From Patescibacteria group bacterium (GTDB lineage: Bacteria > Patescibacteriota > Patescibacteriia > Magasanikbacterales > JBBTXJ01), in contig JBBTYK010000007.1 of the NCBI GenBank assembly GCA_038061815.1, positions 1-37,701 on the forward strand: 37,701 bases of DNA. The letters are read 5' to 3'. The position numbers were made by a program, and so were the translations under genes. Positions 1 through 8,218 of the stretch are shown piece by piece. The first letter of the stretch is position 1; each line of letters starts with the position of its first letter. The notes beneath the pieces are model-generated. The model was not told the origin of the DNA. It worked only from the letters and a program-made list of their open reading frames with translations, and did not search any database.

Positions 1-925
1 AATTTGTCCATTGAAAAAACCGCGCCGCCTTTATTCACTTTAGACAAATCAAATGTTTTGATTAATTCATCAAGCGCATATACTTCACGAGCGCCGCTCG
101 GATTCCAGCCGAGGAGCGCGAGAAAATTCACCAACGCTTCAGACAAATAGCCCTGTTCAAAATACTCCATCGCCGCCGCATGACCGCTCCGTTTTGATAA
201 TTTACCGCCCTCGCCGCTCAAAATGAGCGGCAGATGCGCAAACGCCGGCTGCTTCCAGCCGAACGCTTCATAAAGCAGGATGTGTTTCGGCGTAGACGAA
301 AGCCACTCTTCACCGCGAATGACGTGCGTGATTTTCATGAGATGGTCGTCTACGATATTCGCCAGATGATAGGTTGGAAATCCATCAGATTTCAGAAGCA
401 CTTGGTCGTCAACATCATTGCTGGCAAATGAAACATCGCCGCGAATTACATCGGAGAATGTAATGGTCTCATCGGCCGGGACCCGCAAACGCAGTACCGC
501 GTTGTCCGGCGCGCATTTTTTATCGCGGCAATGCCCATCATACTTTGGCGTCTCGCCGCGTTTTTTTTGCTCCTCGCGCATTTTTTCCAGTCGTTCCGCG
601 GAACACACGCACCAATATGCCGCGCCTTTTTCCGCAAGCTCTTTCGCGTATTTGCGATATATCTCAAGCCGTTCGGACTGCACGTACGGCCCGTATTTTC
701 CGCCGACATCCGGTCCCTCGTCGTACATCAAACCGGCGCGTTTCAAAATGTCCAAAATCTCCTCCAGCGCTCCCGGCACAAGACGCGCGCGGTCCGTGTC
801 CTCAATGCGCACAATGAATTGTCCTTTATGACGTCGCGCAAACAAAAAATTGTACAGCGCGGTTCGTAATCCTCCAATGTGCAAATGCCCAGTGGGGCTG
901 GGCGCAAATCGCGTTCGGACGGTCA
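1..925 (-). CDS. gltX: Glutamyl-tRNA synthetase (class I), N-terminal ~308 codons; the 3' end lies beyond the left window edge
   Basis: My own translation of the reverse complement. 925->841 reads [29 protein letters not shown] (HIGH motif). The rc of ~184-240 reads [19 protein letters not shown] (KMSKS-type loop). It is missing from the ORF track only because the frame is open at the window edge. Confidence 0.92.
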
Positions 926-940
926 TACGCGTCTATCCTA

Positions 941-1690
941 TCACGAGCGCAACGCCTTCCACAAGAAGACCGCGGTGGCGTTCCACACGCGCCGACCGCG
1001 CCACGGCTCCTTAAAAAGGCGCCACAGCCATTCAAGTCCCGCGCGGCGCATGATGCGCGGCGCGCGGCGAATGTCGCCGGCAATCATATCAAAGGCGCCG
1101 CCAACGCCCATAAATAATTTCACGCTCGGCAATTGTTTTTTATGCTGCCATATCCATTTCTCCTGCTTGCCGTGTCCGAACGCAACGAACAAAATGTCCG
1201 GTTGTGTTACGTTGATGCGGCCAATCACCTCGGCATGCGCGCGAAGGTCGGCTGCACGCACGCCATCGTGCGTTTCAAAAACCTCTGTCCCGATATGCGT
1301 GCCCACGATATTCAGTTTCGGATAGCGCCGTTTCAGTTCGTGGGCCGCGCGCATAAGCGTAGTGGGGTTGCGCGTGCCGAGCAAAAATACGCGGCTACCC
1401 TGCTCTGCCGCGATGTCGCAAAGAGCGTCTATCGCGTCAATGCCGGTGAATCGCTCTACGGCTGGCCAGCGCTTCAGCCGCGCAACCAGCTGAATGCCGA
1501 AGCCGTCAATAAGTTGGATTTCTGCGCTGTGGATGATGGTTTTGAAAAACGAGTCGCGCGTAGCGTGCACAATCATTTCCGGGTTCACGGTTACGAGCGT
1601 GGCGCTTCCGCCGTCTTTCAGCAACGCCGAACATCGCGCGAGCGCCTCGGCGCGACGAACTGGGCGAAGTTGTATGCCGGCAATTTTCAT
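941..1690 (-). CDS. tagA: WecB/TagA/CpsF-family (GT26) glycosyltransferase
   Basis: 249-aa ORF. It has family-typical segments: LVTVNPEMIV near the N-terminus, DGFGIQLVARL, QPDILFVAFGHGKQEKW, and C-terminal APRIMRRAGLEWLWRLFKEPWR. There is a 4-nt overlap (ATGA) with the upstream thpR. Confidence 0.85.
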   Translation of the reverse strand: MKIAGIQLRPVRRAEALARCSALLKDGGSATLVTVNPEMIVHATRDSFFKTIIHSAEIQLIDGFGIQLVARLKRWPAVERFTGIDAIDALCDIAAEQGSRVFLLGTRNPTTLMRAAHELKRRYPKLNIVGTHIGTEVFETHDGVRAADLRAHAEVIGRINVTQPDILFVAFGHGKQEKWIWQHKKQLPSVKLFMGVGGAFDMIAGDIRRAPRIMRRAGLEWLWRLFKEPWRGRRVWNATAVFLWKALRS

Positions 1691-2238
1691 AATGACACGC
1701 GAAGGAGCGCCGTATGTTTCGGCCCGTCGGGCAACAGCTCGCTCGCGTACAGGCCGATTTCATTCACCTCAAACTTTACCGGTTCCACCGTGATTGTATC
1801 AAGTCCCTGCACACGCACGCCACTTTGTCTCACGCGCCCGAGGGTTACGTGCGGTTTGAATGCGCGATTTTCTTGCGGGATGCCACAAGCGATGACCGGT
1901 TCGCGCACGCGGTTTGCGAGAGACGCGGCGCTCCCCTTTTCATCATCGCAATGTATGACGAGCACGCGCGGCGCGCGCATATTCGGAAATGCGTCCAGTT
2001 GTCCGAGCGTTAATGAAAACGCGCCAGCGCCCGAGAGCGCGCCAAGATTCTCCTGTACACATAGTTTCTGCGTCTCATCGCAGTCACCCAAAAACGCAAG
2101 CGTCAGATGATGCTCGCCACCCGTCCATTTAATCCTTGTACTTGTCGAAAGGTTCAACCTCTCAAGCTCCCTCTGTACCCGCTCCACCTCTCGCCGCGCT
2201 TCATCGGATAGTTTGAACGCAACAAAAAGTCGTTCCAT
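1687..2238 (-). CDS. thpR: RNA 2',3'-cyclic phosphodiesterase (2H phosphoesterase, LigT/ThpR family)
   Basis: Two H-x-T-L motifs (HHLTLAFLG and PHVTLGR) at the spacing typical of 2H phosphoesterases. I place the start at the internal ATG (MERLFVAFKL, 2238) rather than the track start at 2292, because a promoter-like site lies at 2248-2276. Confidence 0.85.
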   Translation of the reverse strand: MERLFVAFKLSDEARREVERVQRELERLNLSTSTRIKWTGGEHHLTLAFLGDCDETQKLCVQENLGALSGAGAFSLTLGQLDAFPNMRAPRVLVIHCDDEKGSAASLANRVREPVIACGIPQENRAFKPHVTLGRVRQSGVRVQGLDTITVEPVKFEVNEIGLYASELLPDGPKHTALLRVSL

Positions 2239-2247
2239 AATATGGAA

Positions 2248-2276
2248 ACTGTAGCTGATTTTTGACCAAATTTCAA
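2248..2276 (-). promoter_or_regulatory. Sigma70-type promoter for thpR-tagA-gltX (TTGAAA-N17-TACAGT), 9 nt upstream of the ATG
   Basis: The minus strand reads cagTTGAAAtttggtcaaaaatcagcTACAGTttccatattATG. Hexamers and the 17-nt spacer were counted by hand. Confidence 0.55.
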
Positions 2277-2285
2277 CTGTGCTTC

Positions 2286-2315
2286 TTGACACCCTAGCAC
2301 TCGCCTTGGTAGAGT
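2286..2315 (+). promoter_or_regulatory. Sigma70-type promoter for clpB (TTGACA-N18-TAGAGT); the -10 ends 6 nt before the ATG
   Basis: cTTGACAccctagcactcgccttggTAGAGTgctaatATG. The -35 hexamer is perfect. The -10 overlaps the right CIRCE half-site. Confidence 0.6.
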
Positions 2316-2320
2316 GCTAA
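2294..2320 (+). promoter_or_regulatory. CIRCE element (HrcA operator): cTAGCACTC-N9-GAGTGCTAA
   Basis: The sequence ctagcactc gccttggta gagtgctaa matches the CIRCE consensus TTAGCACTC-N9-GAGTGCTAA at 17 of 18 arm positions with the correct 9-nt spacer. It lies between the -35 and the start codon of clpB. Confidence 0.85.
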
Positions 2321-2321
2321 T

Positions 2322-4958
2322 ATGAACCCACAACAGTTCACCACCAAATCCCAGGAGGCCATTCAGCGAGCGTTTACCATCGCCCAAGAAAATGGCCAGC
2401 CGCAGATTGAACCGCCGCACCTTTTTTTTGCGCTCATTGAGCAGGAAGAGGGCGTGGTGCTGTCGGTGCTCCAGAAACTGAATGTCAACGTGCTGCAACT
2501 CAAAGCCGCTGTGCAAGCGCTGATAGACCAACTCCCTAAAGTAACGGGCGACGGCGCAGGCGGCGTGGGCCAGATTTTTATGGGCCACGACATGGCGCAT
2601 CTTTTGAACGCCGCGGGCGAAGAAATGAAACGCATGGGTGACAGTTTTGTGAGCACGGAGCATATGCTGCTCGCATTCATGAGCGCCCGCAGCCCCATGG
2701 AACCGGCGCTTAAAAAATTCGGCATAGATTACGATAGCGCCCTGCGCGTATTGGCAACGGTGCGCGGCACGGAAACCGTGGATTCTCCCGAACCGGAGGC
2801 AAAATATAACGCGCTGGAAAAATACAGCAAAAATCTCACCGACCTCGCGCGCAAAGGTAAATTGGACCCCGTCATTGGACGCGACGATGAAATCCGCCGC
2901 GTGATGCAAGTGCTGTCGCGGCGCACAAAAAATAATCCGGTGCTCATCGGCGAGCCGGGCGTAGGGAAAACCGCCATAGTGGAGGGACTGGCGCAGCGCA
3001 TCGTCAACGGCGATGTGCCGGAATCGCTGAAAGATAAGGAAGTGGTGGCGTTGGACATCGGCGCAGTGGTGGCCGGCACAAAATTCCGCGGTGAATTTGA
3101 GGAACGGCTGAAAGCGATGCTAAAGGAAATCAATCAAGCGGCCGGCGCGTTTATATTGTTTATTGACGAATTGCACACTATTGTCGGCGCCGGCGCTTCC
3201 GAAGGCGCAGTTGACGCGGCAAACATGCTGAAACCGGCGCTGGCGCGCGGCGAACTGCGGGCCATCGGCGCGACCACGCTCAAAGAATACCAAAAATACA
3301 TTGAAAAAGACGCGGCGCTGGAACGCCGGTTCCAGCCGGTGTTGGTTGCCGAACCGAACGTAGACGACACCGTGGCGATTCTGCGCGGCATTAAAGAAAA
3401 ATACGAAGTGCATCACGGCGTACGCATTACGGATGCGGCGATTATCGCGGCGGCGGAATTATCGGCGCGCTATATCAGCGACCGTTTTTTGCCGGACAAA
3501 GCCGTTGATTTGATTGACGAAGCCACGTCCGCGCTCCGCATGGAAATAGACTCCATGCCGGACGAACTGGACAAAATGAAACGAACGCAGATGAAATTGG
3601 AAATTGAACGGCAGGCGCTTAAAAAAGAAACGGACGACGAATCCAAAGCGCGGCTTGCGGAACTGGAGCGCGAGCTGGCGGAATTGACCGAACAAACCAA
3701 AGACTGGGAGCTGCACTGGAAAAACGAAAAAGAAATCATCGGCAACATTCGTGAGTATCAAAAAACGATTGACCGCTTGAAGCAGGAAGCGGACATCGCC
3801 GAACGCCAAGGCGAATTGCAAAAAGTCGCCGAGATTCGATATGGAAAAATTCCGGCGGCCGAAGAAGCGCTCCGCGCGGCGCAGAGAAAACTGGTTGATA
3901 TACAAAGCGGCCGCAAGATTTTGAAAGAAGAAGTCACGGAAGAAGATATCGCCGCGGTTGTGGCGCGCTGGACCCGTATTCCGGTTGCGCGCATGCTGGA
4001 AGATGAAGTCAAAAAACTCGCGCGGTTGGAAGAAGCGCTCAAACGGCGCGTCGTGGGGCAAGAAGAAGCGCTCCACGCGGTTGCGAACGCCGTACGACGA
4101 TCGCGCGCCGGCGTGGGCGAAGTCGGCCGTCCCATCGGTTCGTTTATCTTTATGGGCCCGACGGGCGTGGGCAAAACGGAACTGGCGAAAGCGCTCGCGG
4201 AATTTTTGTTCAACGATGAACAGGCGCTCGTTCGCGTTGACATGTCCGAATACATGGAAAAACACGCGATATCAAAGATGGTCGGCTCGCCGCCCGGATA
4301 TATAGGATACGAGGAGGGTGGGCAGTTGACGGAAATCATCCGCCGCCGCCCCTACTCCGTGGTGCTGTTTGATGAAATTGAAAAGGCGCACCCGGACGTG
4401 TTCAACATGCTGCTGCAAATTCTGGACGAAGGACGACTCACGGATGCGAAAGGCCGCGTCGTGAATTTCAAAAACACGGTCATCATCATGACGTCAAACA
4501 TCGGAAGCGAGGCGCTTGTTGATATCGCAATGCATAAAGGCGACCTCGGATTTGAGGAAAGCCATCATGCCAAAAAAGACATGGAAACGCGCGCGAAAGA
4601 AAAAATCATGGAGGCGCTGCGCGACCAGTTCAAGCCGGAATTTTTGAACCGCATTGACGAGGTTATCGTGTTTCATTCGCTCAAACCGGAAAACATTGAA
4701 CAGATTGTCAACATGCAATTGGAAAAAGTTGCGGCGCGGCTGGCGGAAAAGAAAATCACGATTGCCGTCAGCGATGCCGCGCGCGCATGGTTCGCCGCCA
4801 AGGGCTACGATGAAAAATACGGCGCGCGGCCGCTCAAACGCGTGATTCAAAATGAACTTCTTGACCCGCTGGCGATGAAAATTATTGAGGGAACCGTAAC
4901 CGACGGAGACACGGTAACGGTTGACACAAAAGACGACGCGCTAACGTTTGCCGCATAG
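2322..4958 (+). CDS. clpB: ATP-dependent chaperone/disaggregase ClpB (two AAA+ modules plus coiled-coil middle domain)
   Basis: 878 aa with a Clp N domain. Walker A motifs: [15 protein letters not shown] and [16 protein letters not shown] long coiled-coil M-domain (residues ~410-530) separates the two modules. C-terminal [10 protein letters not shown] motif. Confidence 0.97.
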   Translation: MNPQQFTTKSQEAIQRAFTIAQENGQPQIEPPHLFFALIEQEEGVVLSVLQKLNVNVLQLKAAVQALIDQLPKVTGDGAGGVGQIFMGHDMAHLLNAAGEEMKRMGDSFVSTEHMLLAFMSARSPMEPALKKFGIDYDSALRVLATVRGTETVDSPEPEAKYNALEKYSKNLTDLARKGKLDPVIGRDDEIRRVMQVLSRRTKNNPVLIGEPGVGKTAIVEGLAQRIVNGDVPESLKDKEVVALDIGAVVAGTKFRGEFEERLKAMLKEINQAAGAFILFIDELHTIVGAGASEGAVDAANMLKPALARGELRAIGATTLKEYQKYIEKDAALERRFQPVLVAEPNVDDTVAILRGIKEKYEVHHGVRITDAAIIAAAELSARYISDRFLPDKAVDLIDEATSALRMEIDSMPDELDKMKRTQMKLEIERQALKKETDDESKARLAELERELAELTEQTKDWELHWKNEKEIIGNIREYQKTIDRLKQEADIAERQGELQKVAEIRYGKIPAAEEALRAAQRKLVDIQSGRKILKEEVTEEDIAAVVARWTRIPVARMLEDEVKKLARLEEALKRRVVGQEEALHAVANAVRRSRAGVGEVGRPIGSFIFMGPTGVGKTELAKALAEFLFNDEQALVRVDMSEYMEKHAISKMVGSPPGYIGYEEGGQLTEIIRRRPYSVVLFDEIEKAHPDVFNMLLQILDEGRLTDAKGRVVNFKNTVIIMTSNIGSEALVDIAMHKGDLGFEESHHAKKDMETRAKEKIMEALRDQFKPEFLNRIDEVIVFHSLKPENIEQIVNMQLEKVAARLAEKKITIAVSDAARAWFAAKGYDEKYGARPLKRVIQNELLDPLAMKIIEGTVTDGDTVTVDTKDDALTFAA

Positions 4959-4979
4959 TTTTGTTATACTGAACATCGT

Positions 4980-6335
4980 ATGCGGAAATGGATTATCCTT
5001 TTGTTTGTGTTGTTGCCGCTTCCGGCTCGCGCGGCGACATTCAATCCGGGAAACGTCATCTCGGATTTTGAATTGACGGATTACCTCTCCATGGGCCGCG
5101 ACGCCATTCAGACGTTTTTGGAAAATAAGAGTAGTTTTCTGGCGCGTTTCAAGGCGCCGAACGTGAACGAAACGCTTTTTGACGCCGCGCAAATCATCTA
5201 CGATGCCGCAATCACGCACAAAATCAGTCCGAAATATATTCTGGCGCTTCTGCAAAAAGAACAAAGTCTCGTTGAACACGGCCCGTCAAATCCGTCACAA
5301 AATCAGTTGGATTGGGCGACGGGCTACGCGCTGTGCGACTCATGCAGCGTCAATGACCCGCTGCCGCAAAAATACAAAGGATTCGGCAAACAAGTGGACG
5401 GCGGCGCCGGCGCGAACCGTTTCTATTTTGATAATCCCAACAAATTCGGCTTCCGCATCGGCGTAACGAGTCAGGTTGACGGTACGGCGGTGACGCCGGA
5501 AAACCAGGCAACCGCGAACCAATACATTTATACGCCGCACCTTCAGGGCAACGAAAACTTGTGGAAAATTTGGAATCGCTGGTGGACCAAAAAATTTCCC
5601 AACGGCGTAGTGCTTCGCGCAAAAGACACCGAAGAACTCTGGCTCATTAAAGACGGCAAACGGCTTAAATTCGCCAGCCGCGGCATCTTCTTGAGCCGCT
5701 ACAACCTCAACGAAATCATTGACGTCCCCGCGGCCGAATTGCAGCAATACGACGAGGGCGCGGTCATTAAATTCCCCAATTATTCGCTCGTCAAATCGGA
5801 ACGCGGCATGACGTTTTTGCTGGTTGACGACACCAAACGGCCGTTTTTGAGCGATGCGGTATTCAAAAAACTCGGCTATCATCCGGATGAAGTGGTCGCC
5901 GCAACCGATGAAGAGCTGACGGAATACAAAAATGGAAAATTCATCAGCGATGCAGACCTTTTTCCGCTCGGCGCCGTGGTGAAAAGCCCGCTTTCCGGCG
6001 AATTGTTTTACGTGCATAATGGAGAAAAAGCGCCAGTCGTGAGTGATGCGATTGTCAAAAATCGTTTTCGCAAACAGAAAACGGTGAATATCGCAGCGGA
6101 CCAGCTCACATCGTTCAAATTGGTCGCCGCGGTTAAATTCCGCGAGGGGACGCTCGTCAAAGGCGCGGACGACAAAACGGTGTACGTCATTTCCGATGGA
6201 ATGAAACGGCCCGTCCTATCCGAAGCAACCTTTCTCGGCATGGGGTGGAAATGGGGAAATGTGCAGACGGTTGACCGGTTGAGTTTGCTCATACATCCGA
6301 CTGGTCCAAGGATTGAATTGAATGTTGTTAATTGA
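4980..6335 (+). CDS. Secreted protein: signal peptide, N-terminal domain with a cell-wall-hydrolase-like motif, and four ~55-aa C-terminal repeats
   Basis: Signal peptide MRKWIILLFVLLPLPARA/AT. The segment ISPKYILALLQKEQSLV resembles motifs seen in peptidoglycan-hydrolase accessory domains. Four repeats of the pattern G.lvK....ly.i.dG.krP.....f...g......v....l, starting at VVLRAKDTEELWLIKDGKRLKF, YSLVKSERGMTFLLVDDTKRPF, GAVVKSPLSGELFYVHNGEKAPV and GTLVKGADDKTVYVISDGMKRPV. Confidence 0.7.
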   Translation: MRKWIILLFVLLPLPARAATFNPGNVISDFELTDYLSMGRDAIQTFLENKSSFLARFKAPNVNETLFDAAQIIYDAAITHKISPKYILALLQKEQSLVEHGPSNPSQNQLDWATGYALCDSCSVNDPLPQKYKGFGKQVDGGAGANRFYFDNPNKFGFRIGVTSQVDGTAVTPENQATANQYIYTPHLQGNENLWKIWNRWWTKKFPNGVVLRAKDTEELWLIKDGKRLKFASRGIFLSRYNLNEIIDVPAAELQQYDEGAVIKFPNYSLVKSERGMTFLLVDDTKRPFLSDAVFKKLGYHPDEVVAATDEELTEYKNGKFISDADLFPLGAVVKSPLSGELFYVHNGEKAPVVSDAIVKNRFRKQKTVNIAADQLTSFKLVAAVKFREGTLVKGADDKTVYVISDGMKRPVLSEATFLGMGWKWGNVQTVDRLSLLIHPTGPRIELNVVN

Positions 6336-6336
6336 T

Positions 6337-6374
6337 GGATTCTATCGTCCGCCTTTGGCGGACTCCAGAATGAC
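6337..6374 (+). repeat. Intergenic hairpin repeat, copy 1: ggattctatcg-[GTCCGCC ttt GGCGGAC]-ctccagaatgac
   Basis: Shares the 5' flank atggattctatcg and the 3' flank ctccagaaYgac with the copy at 35925-35964. The central stem sequence differs but is still perfectly self-complementary. Confidence 0.8.
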
Positions 6375-6379
6375 TTTAT

Positions 6380-8218
6380 ATGTACGCGCAGGTGGTGCCA
6401 TTGCGACGGATGCCACGGGCGTTATCCGTGCTTGATTATGGTATCCCGCGCGGAATGACGGTGTATCCCGGAGCGTTGGTTCGTATACCGTTGCGGAAAC
6501 GAACAGATTTTGGCATCGTTCATGCAATGACAGAACAGACACGGGTGACGAAGGGTATACATGATATAGAATCCGTAACATTCCCCCATTTGCTTTCAGC
6601 GCAACAACTCGCGCTTGCCGAAGACATTGCGCGCCGATACGCAACGCCGCTCACACTAACGATTGTAGCGTGCTGTCCTCCGCTCCAACCGCGGAAACTT
6701 GCCGCGGCGACGCTGGTGCCGTTTGTCACGCCGCCAAAACACGGTTTTGAACGGCGCTATGTGTGGTATCGCAACAGCGAGGAAAAAAAACGCTGGTTCG
6801 GTGAACACTGGCCTCGTGAAAATGAACAAACACTTATCATCGTGCCTGAAAAATGGCATCTCCGCGAATGGGAGGATATCGTGGGAAGTCACACCACAAT
6901 CACGAGCGACCTATCGCCGAAAGAATACTTCAAACAGTATTTCGCGATTCGCAACGGCGAAACAGCGGTGGTGCTCGGTACAAAAAGCGCGCTCTTTGCG
7001 CCATTTCATAATCTGCGACATGTCATCGTGGATTTTGAACACAGCCCTCATCACAAAAATTGGGACCAAGCGCCGCGTTATCATGCGCGCGATGCGGCAA
7101 TCCGTCTGGCGGAATTATGGCAGTGCCCGGTGACCGTCATGAGCCACACGCCATCGGTGGAAAGTGCAATGCATCTTGCCGCGCACGCGTCCATGCGCGC
7201 TGCGCATGCTACGCGCGCACTCACCATTGTTGACCTCGCCGAAGAATATAAAAAGAAAAACTTCGGTATTTTCAGCGATGCCGCGCAGGAAGCCCTGCAT
7301 CGCGCCGCCGAGGAGCGCAAAGACATCGTTGCGCTCGTGCATCGCCGTGGCGCGTACACTACCGTCGCGTGTCGAGAATGCGGACGCGTGGAACGGTGCG
7401 CGAATTGCACCCTTCCGTTGATTTACCACGAACGCGACCAACAACTTCATTGCCATCCATGCCATCGCACGCAGCCGTTGCGTGAGTTGTGCGCTTTTTG
7501 CAAAGGACCGCACGTTGCGTTCCGCGGCGCCGGAACGCAAGCGGTGGAAACCGCGCTCCGCGAGGCGCTTTGCGATACGCCCTATACGATTCACCGCATT
7601 GACGGCGACACCGACGTGCCGCATTTTAACGTGGAACGGCCTGCGGCGGTTGTCGGAACCTCGCGCGCGCTGTCCCATGTGCGTTGGGGGCGCGTGGGAC
7701 TTGTATGCGCAAATGACATTGACGGATTTCTTGCGCTTCCTGAATATCGCGCGACTGCGGAATTTGTCGGACTCATTCGTGATGTGCAATACCTGATGCC
7801 CGCGCGTGCAACCATGCTTTTGCAAACGCGCGAACCGCATCGGCCGGTGCTTGACGCGCTCGGAAGCGGAATGCTGGAACCGTGGTATCGTGAAGAGCTC
7901 CATCTTCGCGAACAGCTGCACTATCCCCCGTTTTGGTCTATCCTCAAACTCACGCACTGGGGCGCATCTCCTGAAGAATCGCGCGCGGCGGCGGCGTTCA
8001 TTGTTGCAGCGCTCACCCGATTGACCGCCGGCGCAAAAAACGCTATACTGACTCATCCATACCCCACGCACCCGCCGATACGAAAAGGTTTGTATGGACT
8101 GATTGTGCTGCTTCGTATGCCGCATGAACAGGCGCGCGAGCAGTTCCCGGCTCTGTTGGAACAATTGGCGCTCCCGGATGTGTGGAAAGTGGATGTTGAC
8201 CCATTGACGCTCCTATGA
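6380..8218 (+). CDS. priA: Primosomal protein N' (PriA)-like replication-restart protein with degenerate ATPase motifs
   Basis: Collinear with PriA. It has the Cys-rich zinc region CRECGRVERCANCTLPLIYHERDQQLHCHPCHRTQPLRELCAFCKG, GTKSALFAPF (PriA GTRSALF), PRYHARDAA, and RGAGTQAVETAL. The Walker A position reads YRNSEEKKRWF (no GxGKT), and DEEH is DFEH. Confidence 0.85.
   Translation: MYAQVVPLRRMPRALSVLDYGIPRGMTVYPGALVRIPLRKRTDFGIVHAMTEQTRVTKGIHDIESVTFPHLLSAQQLALAEDIARRYATPLTLTIVACCPPLQPRKLAAATLVPFVTPPKHGFERRYVWYRNSEEKKRWFGEHWPRENEQTLIIVPEKWHLREWEDIVGSHTTITSDLSPKEYFKQYFAIRNGETAVVLGTKSALFAPFHNLRHVIVDFEHSPHHKNWDQAPRYHARDAAIRLAELWQCPVTVMSHTPSVESAMHLAAHASMRAAHATRALTIVDLAEEYKKKNFGIFSDAAQEALHRAAEERKDIVALVHRRGAYTTVACRECGRVERCANCTLPLIYHERDQQLHCHPCHRTQPLRELCAFCKGPHVAFRGAGTQAVETALREALCDTPYTIHRIDGDTDVPHFNVERPAAVVGTSRALSHVRWGRVGLVCANDIDGFLALPEYRATAEFVGLIRDVQYLMPARATMLLQTREPHRPVLDALGSGMLEPWYREELHLREQLHYPPFWSILKLTHWGASPEESRAAAAFIVAALTRLTAGAKNAILTHPYPTHPPIRKGLYGLIVLLRMPHEQAREQFPALLEQLALPDVWKVDVDPLTLL

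Noticed and set aside
1133-2110. 325-aa plus-strand ORF antisense to tagA and thpR
   Set aside because: It lies entirely opposite two well-supported genes. The translation is low-complexity (Arg/Ala/Ser/Cys-rich) and matches no family. It is a typical shadow ORF.
2154-2909. 251-aa minus-strand ORF antisense to the 5' part of clpB (and similar shadows at 2729-3133, 3459-4265 and 3758-4339)
   Set aside because: These overlap the unambiguous clpB frame. The translations are His/Phe/Arg-rich nonsense. They are shadow ORFs.
4921-4926. Perfect TTGACA hexamer near the 3' end of clpB as the -35 for the downstream secreted-protein gene
   Set aside because: It is 38 nt upstream of the only good -10 (TATACT at 4965-4970), far outside the 16-19 nt spacer range. 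The extended -10 (TGtTATACT) is the more plausible promoter element.
7115-8164. 349-aa minus-strand ORF antisense to priA, and the 244-aa ORF at 8053-8787 antisense to def
   Set aside because: They lie opposite genes with clear family motifs. The composition is Arg-rich and there are no motifs. They are shadow ORFs.
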